64,000 nt of DNA from Neoechinorhynchus agilis (Eukaryota > Animalia > Acanthocephala), in the NCBI GenBank assembly GCA_051530055.1, contig CM121341.1, positions 14,610,784 through 14,674,783 on the forward strand, read 5' to 3'. Of the stretch, positions 1 through 12,720 are shown in pieces. The translations under genes were made by a program, and so were the position numbers. The stretch's first letter is position 1; every line of letters starts with the position of its first letter. The notes under the pieces are model-generated. The model was not told the origin of the DNA and ran no database searches. It worked only from the letters and a program-made list of their open reading frames with translations.

Positions 1-126
1 AATCACTTATTGACAAAGCAAAATTAAACTTTAAAGAAATTAATAATAACAACACAATAAAATGGTGAATGAATTATAGTTTTTGATTTATAAATATTCA
101 TCTAATTTACTTTATTTTGGTCGTTT

Positions 127-335
127 TGCAACCCCGGATTTAAATTTACTGATTTATTTTCGATATTTAGTCGGATAATTCCGACATTATCAAGTCGACG
201 AAATATCGGAAATAAATCAGGTTACGCAAACACTCCTAAAAAATCTTTCAAACAATGACTAACCTAAGGAAAATGTCGGAATTATCCGATGTGAAATATC
301 GTAAACAAATCAGTGAATTTAAATACGGGATGGCA
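127..335. mobile_element. MITE-like foldback element (~210 bp, ~60 bp imperfect terminal inverted repeats)
   Basis: 127-188 (tgcaaccccggatttaaatttactgattt...tcggataattccgacatt) is the imperfect reverse complement of ~273-335 (aatgtcggaattatccga...atttaaatacgggatggca); no ORF. Confidence 0.6.
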
Positions 336-1092
336 TAACTAACAAAAGAAAGTATCTTTTTCCCCGGAGAAAATAATCAAAGTAATTTAATTTAGGTGAA
401 AAGCGTTGCTTCATAACCAATATCGCACTGATCTCAGTCATATAAAAGATGTAACATTGTAATATTTAATAAGTGAATGGCGTGACGACTCTTACCGAGT
501 GAAATCGAACAGTGTAATTGATTTTCTAAATTTGTGACTTTGCTTTGAATGGGAATTTTAAGAATAAAAGTATCTCATTGCGCAAATAAATATACGAAGT
601 ATTATAGAAAATTTAAATTAATAATACCTTGACAACTAGGCCTTCTAAAACTCTAAAGCATTGATAGCACCTTGCCTGCCGGGGAACAACGGACAGGTCC
701 ATTTTTTCAAGCATCGACTAATATTCATGAATAAACATATATATATGTATTATTTTTGTGTTCGGTCGATCGACGAGTATGAAAAATCGAAGGTCGCGAT
801 AATGAAAACAAAATGGTTGTATCTACTTACATTAGACGTCGCATTGTGTGAGCCATTCTTCATATCTGAAAACGGTCCGTAAGCAATTGTGCGAGTGCGG
901 CAAAAAGACAGTCCCGTTCCGGTTGCTCTTTTCGTCGATATAAAAAGAAGTGTAAGCGAGAAAAAGGGTGCTGTAGGTCGTTTTTTGTGAAACTCGAGGC
1001 GTGTATTGTAAGACGATAGGGACAGGCGGTTAGTGAGGTGTAGTAATCGGATCTGGACAGAAATGGACTACTTTATGCTGGAAAGAAGTCGA

Positions 1093-4000
1093 CTATTTGA
1101 ATGTCAAAGTAGCAACGAGGGAATATGGAATCTCGTTCAGAGGAGAGGCTGAAACCACGAATCGTACATGAACACAATGTTTATACGAGGAGGTGGAAAA
1201 CAGTCTACAAATAACGGCACCACAAGGATTTCGCAAAAAAAGGGTGGAACGTGACTCTACTCCATCACACGTCTTAAGCTTCTTTTTCATCTAAAACGAC
1301 TTTGAACCTCAGCATTAATTGCCCAAACAGACTTAATCCATCTTGGAGCTGAACGCAATGTACTCGTGAACAACTCAAACTCGTTGGATTCATGCCTAGA
1401 CAGACGCTGAGTCAACACAAACTCCGAGTAGTCTAGAGACTGAAGAGTACAACACAGGGATTTATGAGTGCATTGATTTGAGACATGGAGGTTTCGAATT
1501 ACATAAATATTGCCCAGATTAAGCCTTTGCCGGTCCATTGATCCAAAATCAAAAAGACCGAGGGTCTTGTGGCGATCACATACAATTGCATGATGCGGGT
1601 ATCGGAGAGATGACAGAACTCGGAGAATAAGGAAGACTGTATCGATTTCATCGTAGGGAACCGACGGTGAATGACTGCGAACGCGGTCTTCTGTGCGGTC
1701 TATCGAGCGGATCATCAAGCGCTTTAGGTCGCTCAGTAATGTTAAACATCGAGGAATAAAGATTGATCGAGTTAGACTTTCGCTTTTACCAAAGAATTCT
1801 AATGTGATTCGTCAAAAGTCAACCAAGGCAGAATTTAAAAACAATAAGGCCCTTTGTCAATATTGGGAGTTTTCGTTCGATCCCCTAAAGATTGTTTCGA
1901 CAACAACCGGGCAAACTTCAACCCAGAACCCTTTAGAGACCTTTGGTGTACTTCAAGACGGGTTACCCGTGTCACACCATGAATCGCTCGTAGACCGCTG
2001 CTTCCATAATTTGCAGGGGCCATGTATCTAAATCCAAACGCGGCTCCTTCCCTATGGACATCGATGCATTCATCTATATCGTCTATGTTGTTTGTCTTTG
2101 TCCAAAATGAAAAAAGAACCGTTAGTTGCGACTGACCCGCACAAGCTATTCTTACTCGATGCAGATAGGACTCGTCGCTGTTTCCTTTTGATATTGGATA
2201 CGCACGGACGACGATTCCATGTACCAATGGAACTATTCCTCCTGTTCTGTGAATTCCTTCCAAGGAAAGCAACATCGGTTTCCGATGGAAGCCCAATCGA
2301 GCGTACCACCTACATCTTCTACAACTATTTAGGCATAAACGAGCTGTGGCGTCAGACTTTAATGGGTTTTCGAATCCGGATTGTCCAAAATCGACGCACA
2401 AACCATCTATGTATAGTTTGCATCCCATGCGAATTCTTTTCCTAGAAATCAATTCCTTTAATGGCTCATCTATAAGCGAATCTCCACTGTAAAATCGAAG
2501 ATTTTGAAAGAGAAATCATCTTTGAAAGTCTTGATATAACAAAAACATCGGAATAATTTCTAGCTCACTTTTCAAAATCTCCTTATTTTCCTAGAATAAA
2601 GATAATAAAACACTTTCTAATATTGCCGGTCTAATTGCTTTTGAAACACAGTTATATGTTTGGTGAACCTTCAGGAAGACAAAAAAACGAAACTAATTTT
2701 TAGAGCTTTCACGTAAACCTAATGTCTCACAATTCTGCAACAATCTTAATGATGTTCGAATTAACGTCTAAGACTACAAGTCTAGACAATGCAGATCATA
2801 CAAAAAGAGTTTCGCACTTATTGGAAAAATAGAATTTTCAATACTTTATCAGATAAATAGTAACGAAAATACTCACTTTTTAAACAAACGTCCAAATCTT
2901 TGTACCCAAGAAAAATCCCAAAGTTACAGAATCGTTGAACCTTAAATAAATTTCGGAGCAAAGGTTTTTATTTGTAGTACACAGCAAGATAGAATCCTCG
3001 TTTTGGTTGATACGGGATTCGCAATCAGATGGCAGATCAAAATACTGGACAAAAATTTAAGCGACACTGATCGTTAAGCATCGATATAACTGAAAATTTT
3101 GAGAATGAATCGTTAGTAATTATCTTTATGCTGTCAGAACGAGTGGAGGAACTTTGTTGAATCATTAAAATGCTTCAATGAGGAAAACGTACTGACAGAT
3201 GCACTCCTGGAGATCCGCTATTGTTTACGTTCGCCCGAATGCTATACCAACCATCCGACAATTCCACATCTTCTCGTCGGTTTGCTCTTCTAAATATATT
3301 GGATACCAATAAGACAAGAGGAAAGCGAAAGCTACTATCGCCCTCCATAATTCGCTTTAAGCAAGACCGTCTTCCTTCGTAAACTTCAATGTCATATCTA
3401 TATCTAAGCTGTTCCATTACATTGTCCACTGACAAGAATAATGACGATTCCATGAATTTAGCTTGATACGAACCCAGTTTCCATACGATCCATCGGTAGT
3501 GATTAGCAACCCATTCGTTAGAGACCTTAGAAGCACAGACACCCTTACAATCTCGAAGAGCCTGTGCGAATTCTTCGCTCGAAGCGATTCCCTCAGGATT
3601 TGGCACTAATAGACCACCTTCCCGGGTCCGTATAGCATGACGTAATTGAAACCCATATTTGGCAGCCTGGATACTGCTAAGCGGTTTCTTTGCAAGAAGA
3701 GTCATATGTGACTTTAGTTGGCAGAGTTTCACTCTTTGATCGTTTGAGGGACACCACTTCGTACGAAATAGGCGCCCGTGGCAATTTAACGTCCGATTGC
3801 TAGTCTTTTGAATCCTCATAGCCGTCAGTTCACGACAATTATCGATTTGCTTAGACACGTCTTCGATAGAGTATCGAGATAGCAGTGCTCGTTCGAACGA
3901 CCATGTTAAATCCTCAACGTGTTTTCTTTTAAAGACAATGGGTTGGTTATCATGGATGATTTCAAATCCTGAGATAATCTGAGTCTTTTTGCGATTCACT

Positions 4001-4788
4001 ATTCGCGGTTCTCTGATAACCGATTGAGTTAGTACTTGAGTATCTCGATCAATGACAGGCGATTCGTGTTCATACGAGCGAACGTTTCCTGAACTGAAAA
4101 AGGGCGACGAAGATAATCGCTGTTTCAGCTCTGAACTTTCTTTTGAAAGATTAATACGTTCCAAATTTTCTTGCTTTTCAGAATCGCAGGACGAGTCTGA
4201 TTCACATACTTTTTGTTCTTGTGAATCAGCAACGGACATTCCATTATCTGACGACTCATCGAGTACACTTACTAAACTTTGGTCATCTTTGCTCAAAATT
4301 TGCGACTTACAATCAGTCGATTCTTCTAAAGTCACACCTCTCGGTGATTTGACTCGTTTCCGTTCACTCAATTGCTCTTCTAAATCATTTTTGTCCAATT
4401 CTTCAAAAAGCGCTCGCATTCTGGGATCGATAGTGCCCAAGTTCACGTTAATGGGCCGCCCTCCTGCTGTTGTAAATAGACCTTTTGGTTGTTCAGAATG
4501 TTTTTTACTCAAATTAACAGGAGAGTAGGGCCGCTTCCGGGGTGGTGTTTTCTCATTTTGCGCTTTCTCGCTGCTGTTTTCACTGGGCATTGGCCAAGTG
4601 ATGGCTAAAAGTTGTTCTTTGCGATCAATAACTTTTATCAGTGTCTCCGATATGTTGACCATAGTGATCGGTGATGGAGTTGGCGATGACAAATGATGCC
4701 AGTGGAATCGAATTGGCGGATAAATACGTATACGACAATTGTTAACAATTGACTGACGCGAACGATCGCAGTTTTGGTCACCTTCCAT
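1093..4788 (-). CDS. BRCA2: BRCA2-like protein, multi-exon (single BRC repeat, helical domain, OB1-OB3); 3' end uncertain
   Basis: BRC-like FTTAGGRPINVN...ALFEEL; helical domain WVANHYRWIVWKLG...VMEQLRYRYDIEV...RRSCLKRIMEGD; DGWYSIRA; OB1 NSCRRCRWYARLGF...GGIVPLVHGIVVRAYP; OB3-like YDEIDTVFLILRV. Exons approx. 4788-3197, 2441-~1900, ~1675-1290; ATG at 4788. Confidence 0.88.
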
Positions 4789-5322
4789 GTTTGTCCGACA
4801 CAAATTGGTGATAAAAACAACAAAAGACGGGAAATCTCAATTTTGAGATGATCACTCTAAAACGCATTGCAAAAAATACGCTATTTCAACTCTTTAACAA
4901 GGACAAATTTAACTTTTTAAAAGCGAAATGCACTTAGAGAACTGTTATTATCAAATAATTTGCGCTGTGTTTTGGTTTATTTAGTTTGCTGAGAAGTGAA
5001 CTCATAAATTCATGGGTTTAAACAAAAACGGCGAAAAAAGAAATTTTAAAACTTTATAAGAGTGCACCGATTAGCACAATTGAGAATTTATTGATCATTC
5101 TTCCGTTATTCATCAACGAATGATCTCACATTTTCGTTTATTTTGCTACTGAAGACTAAATGAGTTGTTACAATCAAATCATTAGCGTTCGTGCCTGGGT
5201 TTGGAAAAAAACAACCTGACGACGGTCACCTTTATTCACTCACAATCAACGCGCGCGCTTCGTTTTTAGTAGTACACGCACACTCGCCAATCGCTCATGT
5301 TCAATCGCATGATCAACATCAC

Positions 5323-7438
5323 TCACCAATGGTTTTGTTGAGAAGATCCGTCTCCACTCGATGGTGGATCATAGAACCTTCCGCCAGTACCTGGATGATG
5401 ATGATGATGATGGTAGCCATGCTGCTGCTGGCTGCCGTGTCCTCCTTGAGATTGACTGTTGGACACTACGGACGATGCAGCTGCAGCAGCCATTGCAGCC
5501 GCCGCAGCGGCTTCCCATGCACCCGGATCCGTATTTCGACTCAAATGCTGTTGACTAGCAAGACTCAGAAATCCAGCCATCACGGAAGGTTGAGCCAACA
5601 GATTAGCCAATTGTTGTTGCAAGTCGCTCGACGTGTGCTGTTGAGCTGCTGCAGCCACCGCTACGGCCGCAGCCGTGGCTGAAGCGACTTCATCGTACGA
5701 ACTCGTGTTCCCCGGTTGACCGAGTCCAAAAGTCGATGGTTCATCGGGTCTCTTATTCATTTTTTGTTGAATCGCATGAGCTAAGTATGCGGTCATCGAT
5801 TGTCCCGTTGAATCCCAATTTTGAGCATTTGTATGCGATTGTTGAAGAGCATTGAGCAGCTGAGTCGTGCTCGATGAATTCACTGCAGCGGCCGATGGTC
5901 TAAATTCGTGAACGTGAGCATTAGAAGTGGGGATTTGATTTCCACCAGCGGATCCCTTCGGTTCAGCCGGGCCGATGTGGAGACTAGAACCATTGAGAAA
6001 ATGCTGTTGACTATAGAGAAGAGGAATGCATGAGGTATCGCGGAATGTCACAAATCCGAAAGCTCGAAATGGTTGACCGATATAGACATCAACGACGTCG
6101 CCGAACTGACTAAAGTAGGCACGGAGATCCTCGGTAGTTGTACCTTGGGGTAGACGAGCTACAAAGATTTTCCTCATCGTATGGGCAGCTTTTGAGAAGG
6201 TGTTCGGGCCATGTTTAGATTCCGGGATTTTGACTTGGCAAGCTCGACCATCTAATGACACGCCGTCGGAGTTAGAATAGTACCAAACCGAAACAATAGA
6301 CAGCCCCCACCTTCCCCCACCCTACGACGGTCCACATACGACATGGTGATTTTCCTTCAGCACCCTAGTTTGTGCTTTATAATCCCGGAATCGTATGAAT
6401 CCGAATCCTTTTGAGACTCCATTATAATCTCGTTTGATTTCACACAAACTCAACGGACCGAATTGTTCAAAATAAGCACGGACGCTATCCTCGCTGCTTT
6501 TATAGTTGATTCCAAGAACAATAAGATCGGTACATTGTGGGCTCTGGAACGGTGATGCTGTGGCTGCGGCAGGGGGCGCATAGTTCGTTGGTGGATTAAC
6601 TGAGCTGGGTAGAAAGTTGGAAGTGTTTGTTGTTGACGACGAGGAGGACACAACGGTGGGTATGGCAGTCGTGATGGGTGGTGACTGGACTCTTCGTTGT
6701 TTTAAATGATCACTCGTACTCAATGCGCCATTGTCGATTTGATCTTCCATTTTTCGTTTGGAATCTGAACGCGAATGGATTGCGACGTTTTGAGAGCGAG
6801 AGAACGCGGAAAAAGGAAGTCGTCGTGGAGGAGGCGACGTTTGTGTGTGTGTGTATGGTGCGTATACACTACACCGAAATGACAAAACACACGAGTTACG
6901 CGAACACCACCACGAGTAGGTGAACGGTTGGGGTCAGGGAATGTACACGCCTTCGTGTGGAGACGACTTAGCGCTGTGGGAACGCGAGACATTTTGTCAC
7001 CCGAGCAAGCGGAGAACTAAGGTTTATATGCGACAGACGCGCGCACACGCACGCGTCGTTCTCTCGCTCAGAGTCGTTTAAGGAAAACCGTCAAGGTTCA
7101 CTTTTATCTCTGGGGCGGCTTACCTTTATGATAGACGGGATGAAACAAGCTCGGTTTTGTCCAATCGTCGCAAAACATTCGTCCACCTATACATTGAAGC
7201 CTGTGTGGCGAAGAAATTGTTTTTTCTTAGAAGAGAATTGAACAAAAACTTACGTATGCCAGTATCCAGGATGGCCGTCAAGTCCAGGAACCCAATACTC
7301 TAATCCAACTGCTCCAGGAAACTTACGAACCAACTTTGCTATGTGAACAGTATCGTCGTCTTCCACTTGTATCGAAACGCAATCCTCGTCTCCACGCACA
7401 CCGTCTTCACACCGTTTACCAACAACACGAATACTCAT
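5323..7438 (-). CDS. TARDBP: TAR DNA-binding protein 43 (NTD, two RRMs, Q/A/N/S/H-rich C-terminus); exons 7438-7254, 7200-7124, 6764-6340, 6251-5323
   Basis: NTD IRVV...EDDDTVHIAKLVRKFPGAVGLEY; NLS-like YHKDSKRKME across intron 2; RRM1 DLIVLGINYK...SKGFGFIRF; DGRACQVKIP; RRM2 RKIFVARL...YIGQPFRAFGFVTF; poly-Ala/Met helix. Introns 1 and 2 are in-frame GT-AG; intron 3 is anomalous (see findings). Confidence 0.93.
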
Positions 7439-8102
7439 TCTGGGTACTCACAAACTCACACTCGCACCACGCGCTCTAAACATACACGAAAAAACTCTTA
7501 CACAGAAAGCCGGCAGATAGCAAAAATTAGGAACTCCATTCAAAAGTCGCTTTTAGGTGCGCTCACACTCACATCGATGTCCAACGAATAACAACTTCCT
7601 CTCTTGTCCCTCAAAAAATTGATATCAACCACTTTTCTAAAAACGGGAATGGGAATAATCAAATTTACACACTGTTCTTTCGTTCTTAATGACGGGTGCG
7701 CGCTTGTAAATATCAAAAATTAAGAGAAGAGAACAATGATTCTTTTGTTCACGAAAAAAATGGACACAAAAACCTCAGAGCAATCTAACAAAAATCACAA
7801 CGCAAACTTTTTAAGTACAACACCAAACTATAAAAGGCGAATAACGCGGAAACGCGTCCGAACAGTGAGACTCAAGAAGGAAATATCGTCCAAATGTTAA
7901 ACGAAGAACATGCAACCTTGCCTACTTCGACGAACCATTGTATATTATTCTTTCGTATTTTATGACGTAACAAAACTAACGAATACATAAACTTGGACCA
8001 TCAGATCGAAATATTCATTTATTTGGGGTGATGGAAACATTAAAGATTAAATGTATTAATTCTCAATATTTCGTCCGTGTCGTCAGAGTACTTTTAAGTT
8101 TC

Positions 8103-8430
8103 TTAGGTGAGCAACCTGAAGAAGTCCGACGAGACGGACGAAATATTGAGAATTAATACACGTTTCGGTATGAAACCGCCATCTCTAATATTGGCGGCAA
8201 TGATCAAATGTTTCGTCGTCAAATGAAGAAGTCCACGTCTTAAGAGAGCCAAAATCACGTGCGAGTGACTCCTGTGGAAGTTTCTAGACTGTGCAATATT
8301 TCCATCGTTTTGCACTTTTAAGGTTGCTTTGATAACTTTAACTGGACCATAGTAATGATTGCCGGCGATGGATCGAAACTTAGGCGAATGTCTGCACATT
8401 TTATAGTGCTTAACACAAGGTATCATCGAT
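8103..8430 (-). mobile_element. Possible Penelope-like RT fragment (decayed)
   Basis: KMCRHSPKFRSIAG resembles the PLE pre-RT motif PKLHKxPxKxRFIAG; short and degenerate. Confidence 0.3.
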
Positions 8431-8446
8431 CTTCCAAGTTAGAAAT

Positions 8447-8494
8447 GAAGGCTTATACCTACGGTGCAACGTTGGAAAGTCCGTTGCATACATA
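8447..8494 (+). mobile_element. 48-bp 3' tail of an RTE-type LINE with 12-bp target-site duplication
   Basis: CAAGTTAGAAAT at 8435-8446 and 8495-8506 flanks an insert that closely matches the reverse complement of ~39610-39656, the 3' end of the RTE fragment there. Confidence 0.65.
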
Positions 8495-8509
8495 CAAGTT
8501 AGAAATAAA

Positions 8510-9195
8510 TTGAGCGAACTCGAACATTGCACTCTGCTTCAAGGGCAATACCTTAAAAATTTATTTACTCGAATGCCCTCGCCATTTAGGAATCCCTTAG
8601 ACCGACGTCTTCAAATTTTACTTCAGCCTTATTTTACCCTCCCGCACCTACGGCTATTCCATCTTTTGCAACCTGTCAAAATCACAAATGCATCCCCTTA
8701 AAACGTTTCAGTTGATTTTCCCCAGCTCGCCGAATGCCTTTTTAAGATTTTCAACAAATAATCAAAACGTCTTTCAACCGTATTACCACAATTTTTACCA
8801 AATTTTGTTACCCTTTAACGAGGGCACACCACTCACAGTCCCAGTTCCATTTATCTTCCTATACATCGCACCTACCGCTTCCTACGCTCTTTTTTCCATG
8901 CTTCCCAATATTTTCGGATTTCATAACCCGAAATGAATCCAAGGAAAGACCTAACCTCGCAAGCGCTCCTGCAAACAATATCCGCCAATCCCCACCCCAA
9001 CGGACATCCCCCTACCAGATAGTACCGGCCGAACAGACTTCAAACTTCCGAATATTCGCTCCTGAACTGACTTCCCCCCGACCGGGTATTTCCACCTGGC
9101 CGAACCCGTAATATACTCAATAATCAACAACCACATTCTTTGAACAACTCTTAATTCGAGTGTTTATGAGGACCCAAAGGTATATGAGTACAATT
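8510..9195 (+). mobile_element. L2/CR1-like non-LTR retrotransposon 3' remnant
   Basis: Similar to 34580-35165 and 26100-26725 (attttaccctcc...cacctacggctat; ending gaggacccaaaggtatatgagtac); decayed RT C-terminus. Confidence 0.6.
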
Positions 9196-9395
9196 TTTGT
9201 TAGGCAACAAATAACCGTGCTATTATAATAAAAAAGTTCAGTTTTTACTTGGCCAGGATTGCGAAATGGATGAATATTTCGTCGAGGCTCTTAATCTTTG
9301 GCATGAAGATTTCGGCAACGAGCAAGTACCCGCCAATGGTTGAAAACAATAATTTTTTGGATTTACTCTTGGTAGCGAAAATTTATAACTCTTTA

Positions 9396-9990
9396 ATTTC
9401 AGAATCTCGTGACCTGGTTAACTAAATTCGATTGGCGGAAGTCTCGACTAGAGAACCGGGTGCTTTGCTCAACGCTACCCCAATCGCTTCAGTGGTTTCA
9501 CATTTCTCCGGCGAGACAGTAATTATCGCAGTCCCTGAGACTTGGGGTACCGATGTGCACATCCCATCGTTGACGTTTCGGAGCGAACGTGGAACCATGG
9601 CGACGCCAGGATACGACACGCCGAATTGAATGCAATTCTTAGTCTTGCCCTTAATACTGTGAATGCGCGGCCGTAGACCGGACGTATCACAGTACTCCCA
9701 TGGCGAGGGGATACAAAAGCCTTCTTTGGGGCCGCCCAGCCAGCAACAAAATTCGGCGCTGTTAAAGCGGGAGGAGCAGCTACAGCTGCTGATGAGCTGA
9801 AAAATGTCAAATGCAGGGGCCTGGGTCCAAATCATTATTTCGTTGCCTTTGGGTACACTCGGGTCGTCTAGCACAATGGTTCAGGACCTGGTCAATCAAT
9901 TATCGAAGAGACTAGTACGAATCACTGACGATCTGAGAGCTAGAGAATTATTCCTGCAAAACATAAGTCCGACTCTGGCAGCTGAGTGAT
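9396..9990 (+). mobile_element. CRE-like non-LTR element remnant (restriction-like endonuclease domain)
   Basis: Frameshifted RPD(G)ITVLPWRGxKSLLW and HYFV...GTLGS...QDLVNQLSKRLVRITDDLRARELFLQNIS match the RLE C-terminus of CRE-type elements. Confidence 0.7.
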
Positions 9991-10130
9991 ATAGAGTGGT
10001 GGCGTGGGTGCTTATAATATTTTTTGTTGAAAAATTTGAATTCATTTAAGTTTTTAAAATTAATATTGTCATCAACCACATCCAAATTCATGTTAGTTGA
10101 AAATTAATGCTGTCATAGAGTATGCCCACA

Positions 10131-10201
10131 GCAGCAGTAGTGTAGTGGTATCACGCCAGATTCCCATTCTGGCAACCCGGGTTCGATTCCCGGCTGTTGC
10201 A
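10131..10201 (+). tRNA. tRNA-Gly: tRNA-Gly (anticodon CCC)
   Basis: 71 nt cloverleaf: acceptor GCAGCAG/CTGTTGC, D arm GTGTAGTGGTATCAC, anticodon arm CCAGA-TTCCCAT-TCTGG, T arm CCGGGTTCGATTCCCGG. Confidence 0.96.
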
Positions 10202-10227
10202 TCACAATCCCGCTTCGAAACGTAAAT

Positions 10228-10887
<660 letters not shown>

Positions 10888-11218
10888 TCAAAGGAAAATC
10901 TGAAGAAGGTGAGTGGTTTGGATTGAAAATTTCGTTTTATGAAGAGAAAAGCGAGTCGTCGTTGAGTTACTCACGTCTTCTTGTATAAACGCGTGACTTT
11001 AAGAAAAACATCGGTTCCGTTGCGCGTGTCTGTGGGAGCGACGCTAAATGAGAAACTCATGGATTTTGTCATTCGTTTTTCTTGTATAAGAAATATTCTT
11101 GGAAGTTGGAAATCGACACGCGTCTTCGGGGCTAAAGAATACAATACTAAGTACCACCTTCTTCGACTACACAAAATCGAAGCGATCGGTTTTGCTTACA
11201 GGTTATTTCATGAATATA

Positions 11219-11292
11219 TATATTTTGATTTCAAGACTAAATATTTTCATTTCAAGAATAAATATTTTGACTTCAGGAATATATATTTTACG
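11219..11292. repeat. Short tandem repeat, ~21 bp unit x3.5
   Basis: (a/t)atattttgatttcaaga(c/a)ta-like unit repeated just outside the p62 duplication breakpoint. Confidence 0.6.
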
Positions 11293-12499
11293 TTTAAATA
11301 ATAAAAAAATTAAATAATTTAAACAATAGTTTTTATTCACCACTAAGTGCTGCATGGACTATGTCCTAAAATGCTCGGCAGTAGTTGTTCAAGCTTCCAT
11401 TCGTCATCCCCAATGCAACTTCAATGCTTAAAGAGAGTGCAGTTGTAGCTCTTCGTCTAATTGTGCATTCAGGTGAGCTTTCAGCGGCTGGAAAAGGTTC
11501 TCAATAAGATTGAAGTCAGGTCAATAAGGTTGAAGATATTGCATCTCAATTCCATAATCAGCACTCAGTATCCTTCCAACGAAGACTTGCTTGTCGCTAC
11601 GCTCATGTAAGAACTCACAAAACCGGTTTCTGTTGAATGTACCATCCACAATCTTTGTATTGTGTTCTAAACCGTTTCGTGAAATGATCGCACATAAAGA
11701 TGAGTTCCTAAGACGACTGTTAGGCTAATGCAGCACAATATCCAGGCCTGTAATAGGATATCCATAGTTGATGGATCGATGCGGGTTGGAGCCTGACTCA
11801 TCCAAAAATATGTTGTTTCTGCTAGGGTGCACCAGGACCTTGCTGCAAAATTAAACTCTTGTCAGCTTGTTTGAATCCGCCAGCTCAACCACGGGCCCAC
11901 TATTCAACCGCTTTCTCTTATAAGGACCTCTAGCTTTGACCTTGTGACTAAGCTGTTGAAGGGAAATTACAGAGGAGAACCTGCATTGGAGGCCAACCAG
12001 TGTCAGCGAGTTGTCGCCACCAAAGACCTAGCAAATCTCAGCATGTAGCCTTGACTTGTCGGTAGGTCGCCTTCCGGACTTCTGATAAAGAAGCTCATAC
12101 GATGGATCAACACCTTTTAGTAATCGCGTGATCCGCTTCACTCATAGTTGAATAACTGAGATTAGTACAATCTGCCAAATGTCGGAGAATCTTTGTCTGA
12201 TAAGGGCGCAGAATTTGGCCGAACTTGTCTCGAGACATTGATGTTCTGCTCTTCCTCATCTGCTGCAAAGGTATTGCGTTTGAGAGGAAGTGTGATATGC
12301 GAATACATTTCATATTTGATTGAAATTGGAGACCAAAAATTTTGAAGTGGAGTTGACTCGTTTGATGTCATTTGGAATATCGGGATAGGATGTAGAGTTG
12401 CGAGAGATTGAGAGGATCATCTCGACGTATTTAGAGAAGTTGATCGTCGGCATTCAAGAAAAGTTTAGAATGAGACGATTGAGGTTTAAGGTCGCTAAA

Positions 12500-12720
12500 G
12501 AAAATATTAAAAAGAAGTGGTGACAGGACAGCACCCTGAGGGCGCCTTGGTGTGGGATATTCTGATCGAGGAGGTAACCCGAAAGTGAATGTATTGTTTG
12601 CGATTGTGGAGATAAGAGGCGAGCCAGCGGATTTGCCACGCGATTAGACCGAAATCGGAACTGGCTTGAAAGGGAATAACCCACAAACTTTCCCACCCAA
12701 CGGGACCCGTCATCCACTCC
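12500..12720 (-). mobile_element. Non-LTR RT fragment
   Basis: Minus strand ccaaggcgccctcagggtgctgtcctgtcaccacttc (degenerate GVPQG-VLSPLLF); similar to 42490-42730. Confidence 0.6.

Noticed and set aside
2995-3035. LVLVDTGFAI on the plus strand inside the large BRCA2 intron, retropepsin-like
   Set aside because: Only a short motif with no supporting gag/RT sequence; could be chance.
6765-7123. CA/GT-rich tracts in TDP-43 intron 2 as an autoregulatory UG site
   Set aside because: The longest dinucleotide run is (CA)n on the sense strand, not (UG)n; no further support.
7201-7253. 28-nt version of TDP-43 intron 1 (ending CTAAG)
   Set aside because: It gives a frameshift and stop; the 53-nt intron ending ACACAG is in frame and homologous.
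11340-12400. Possible transposon or host-gene remnants
   Set aside because: No motif I could assign reliably.
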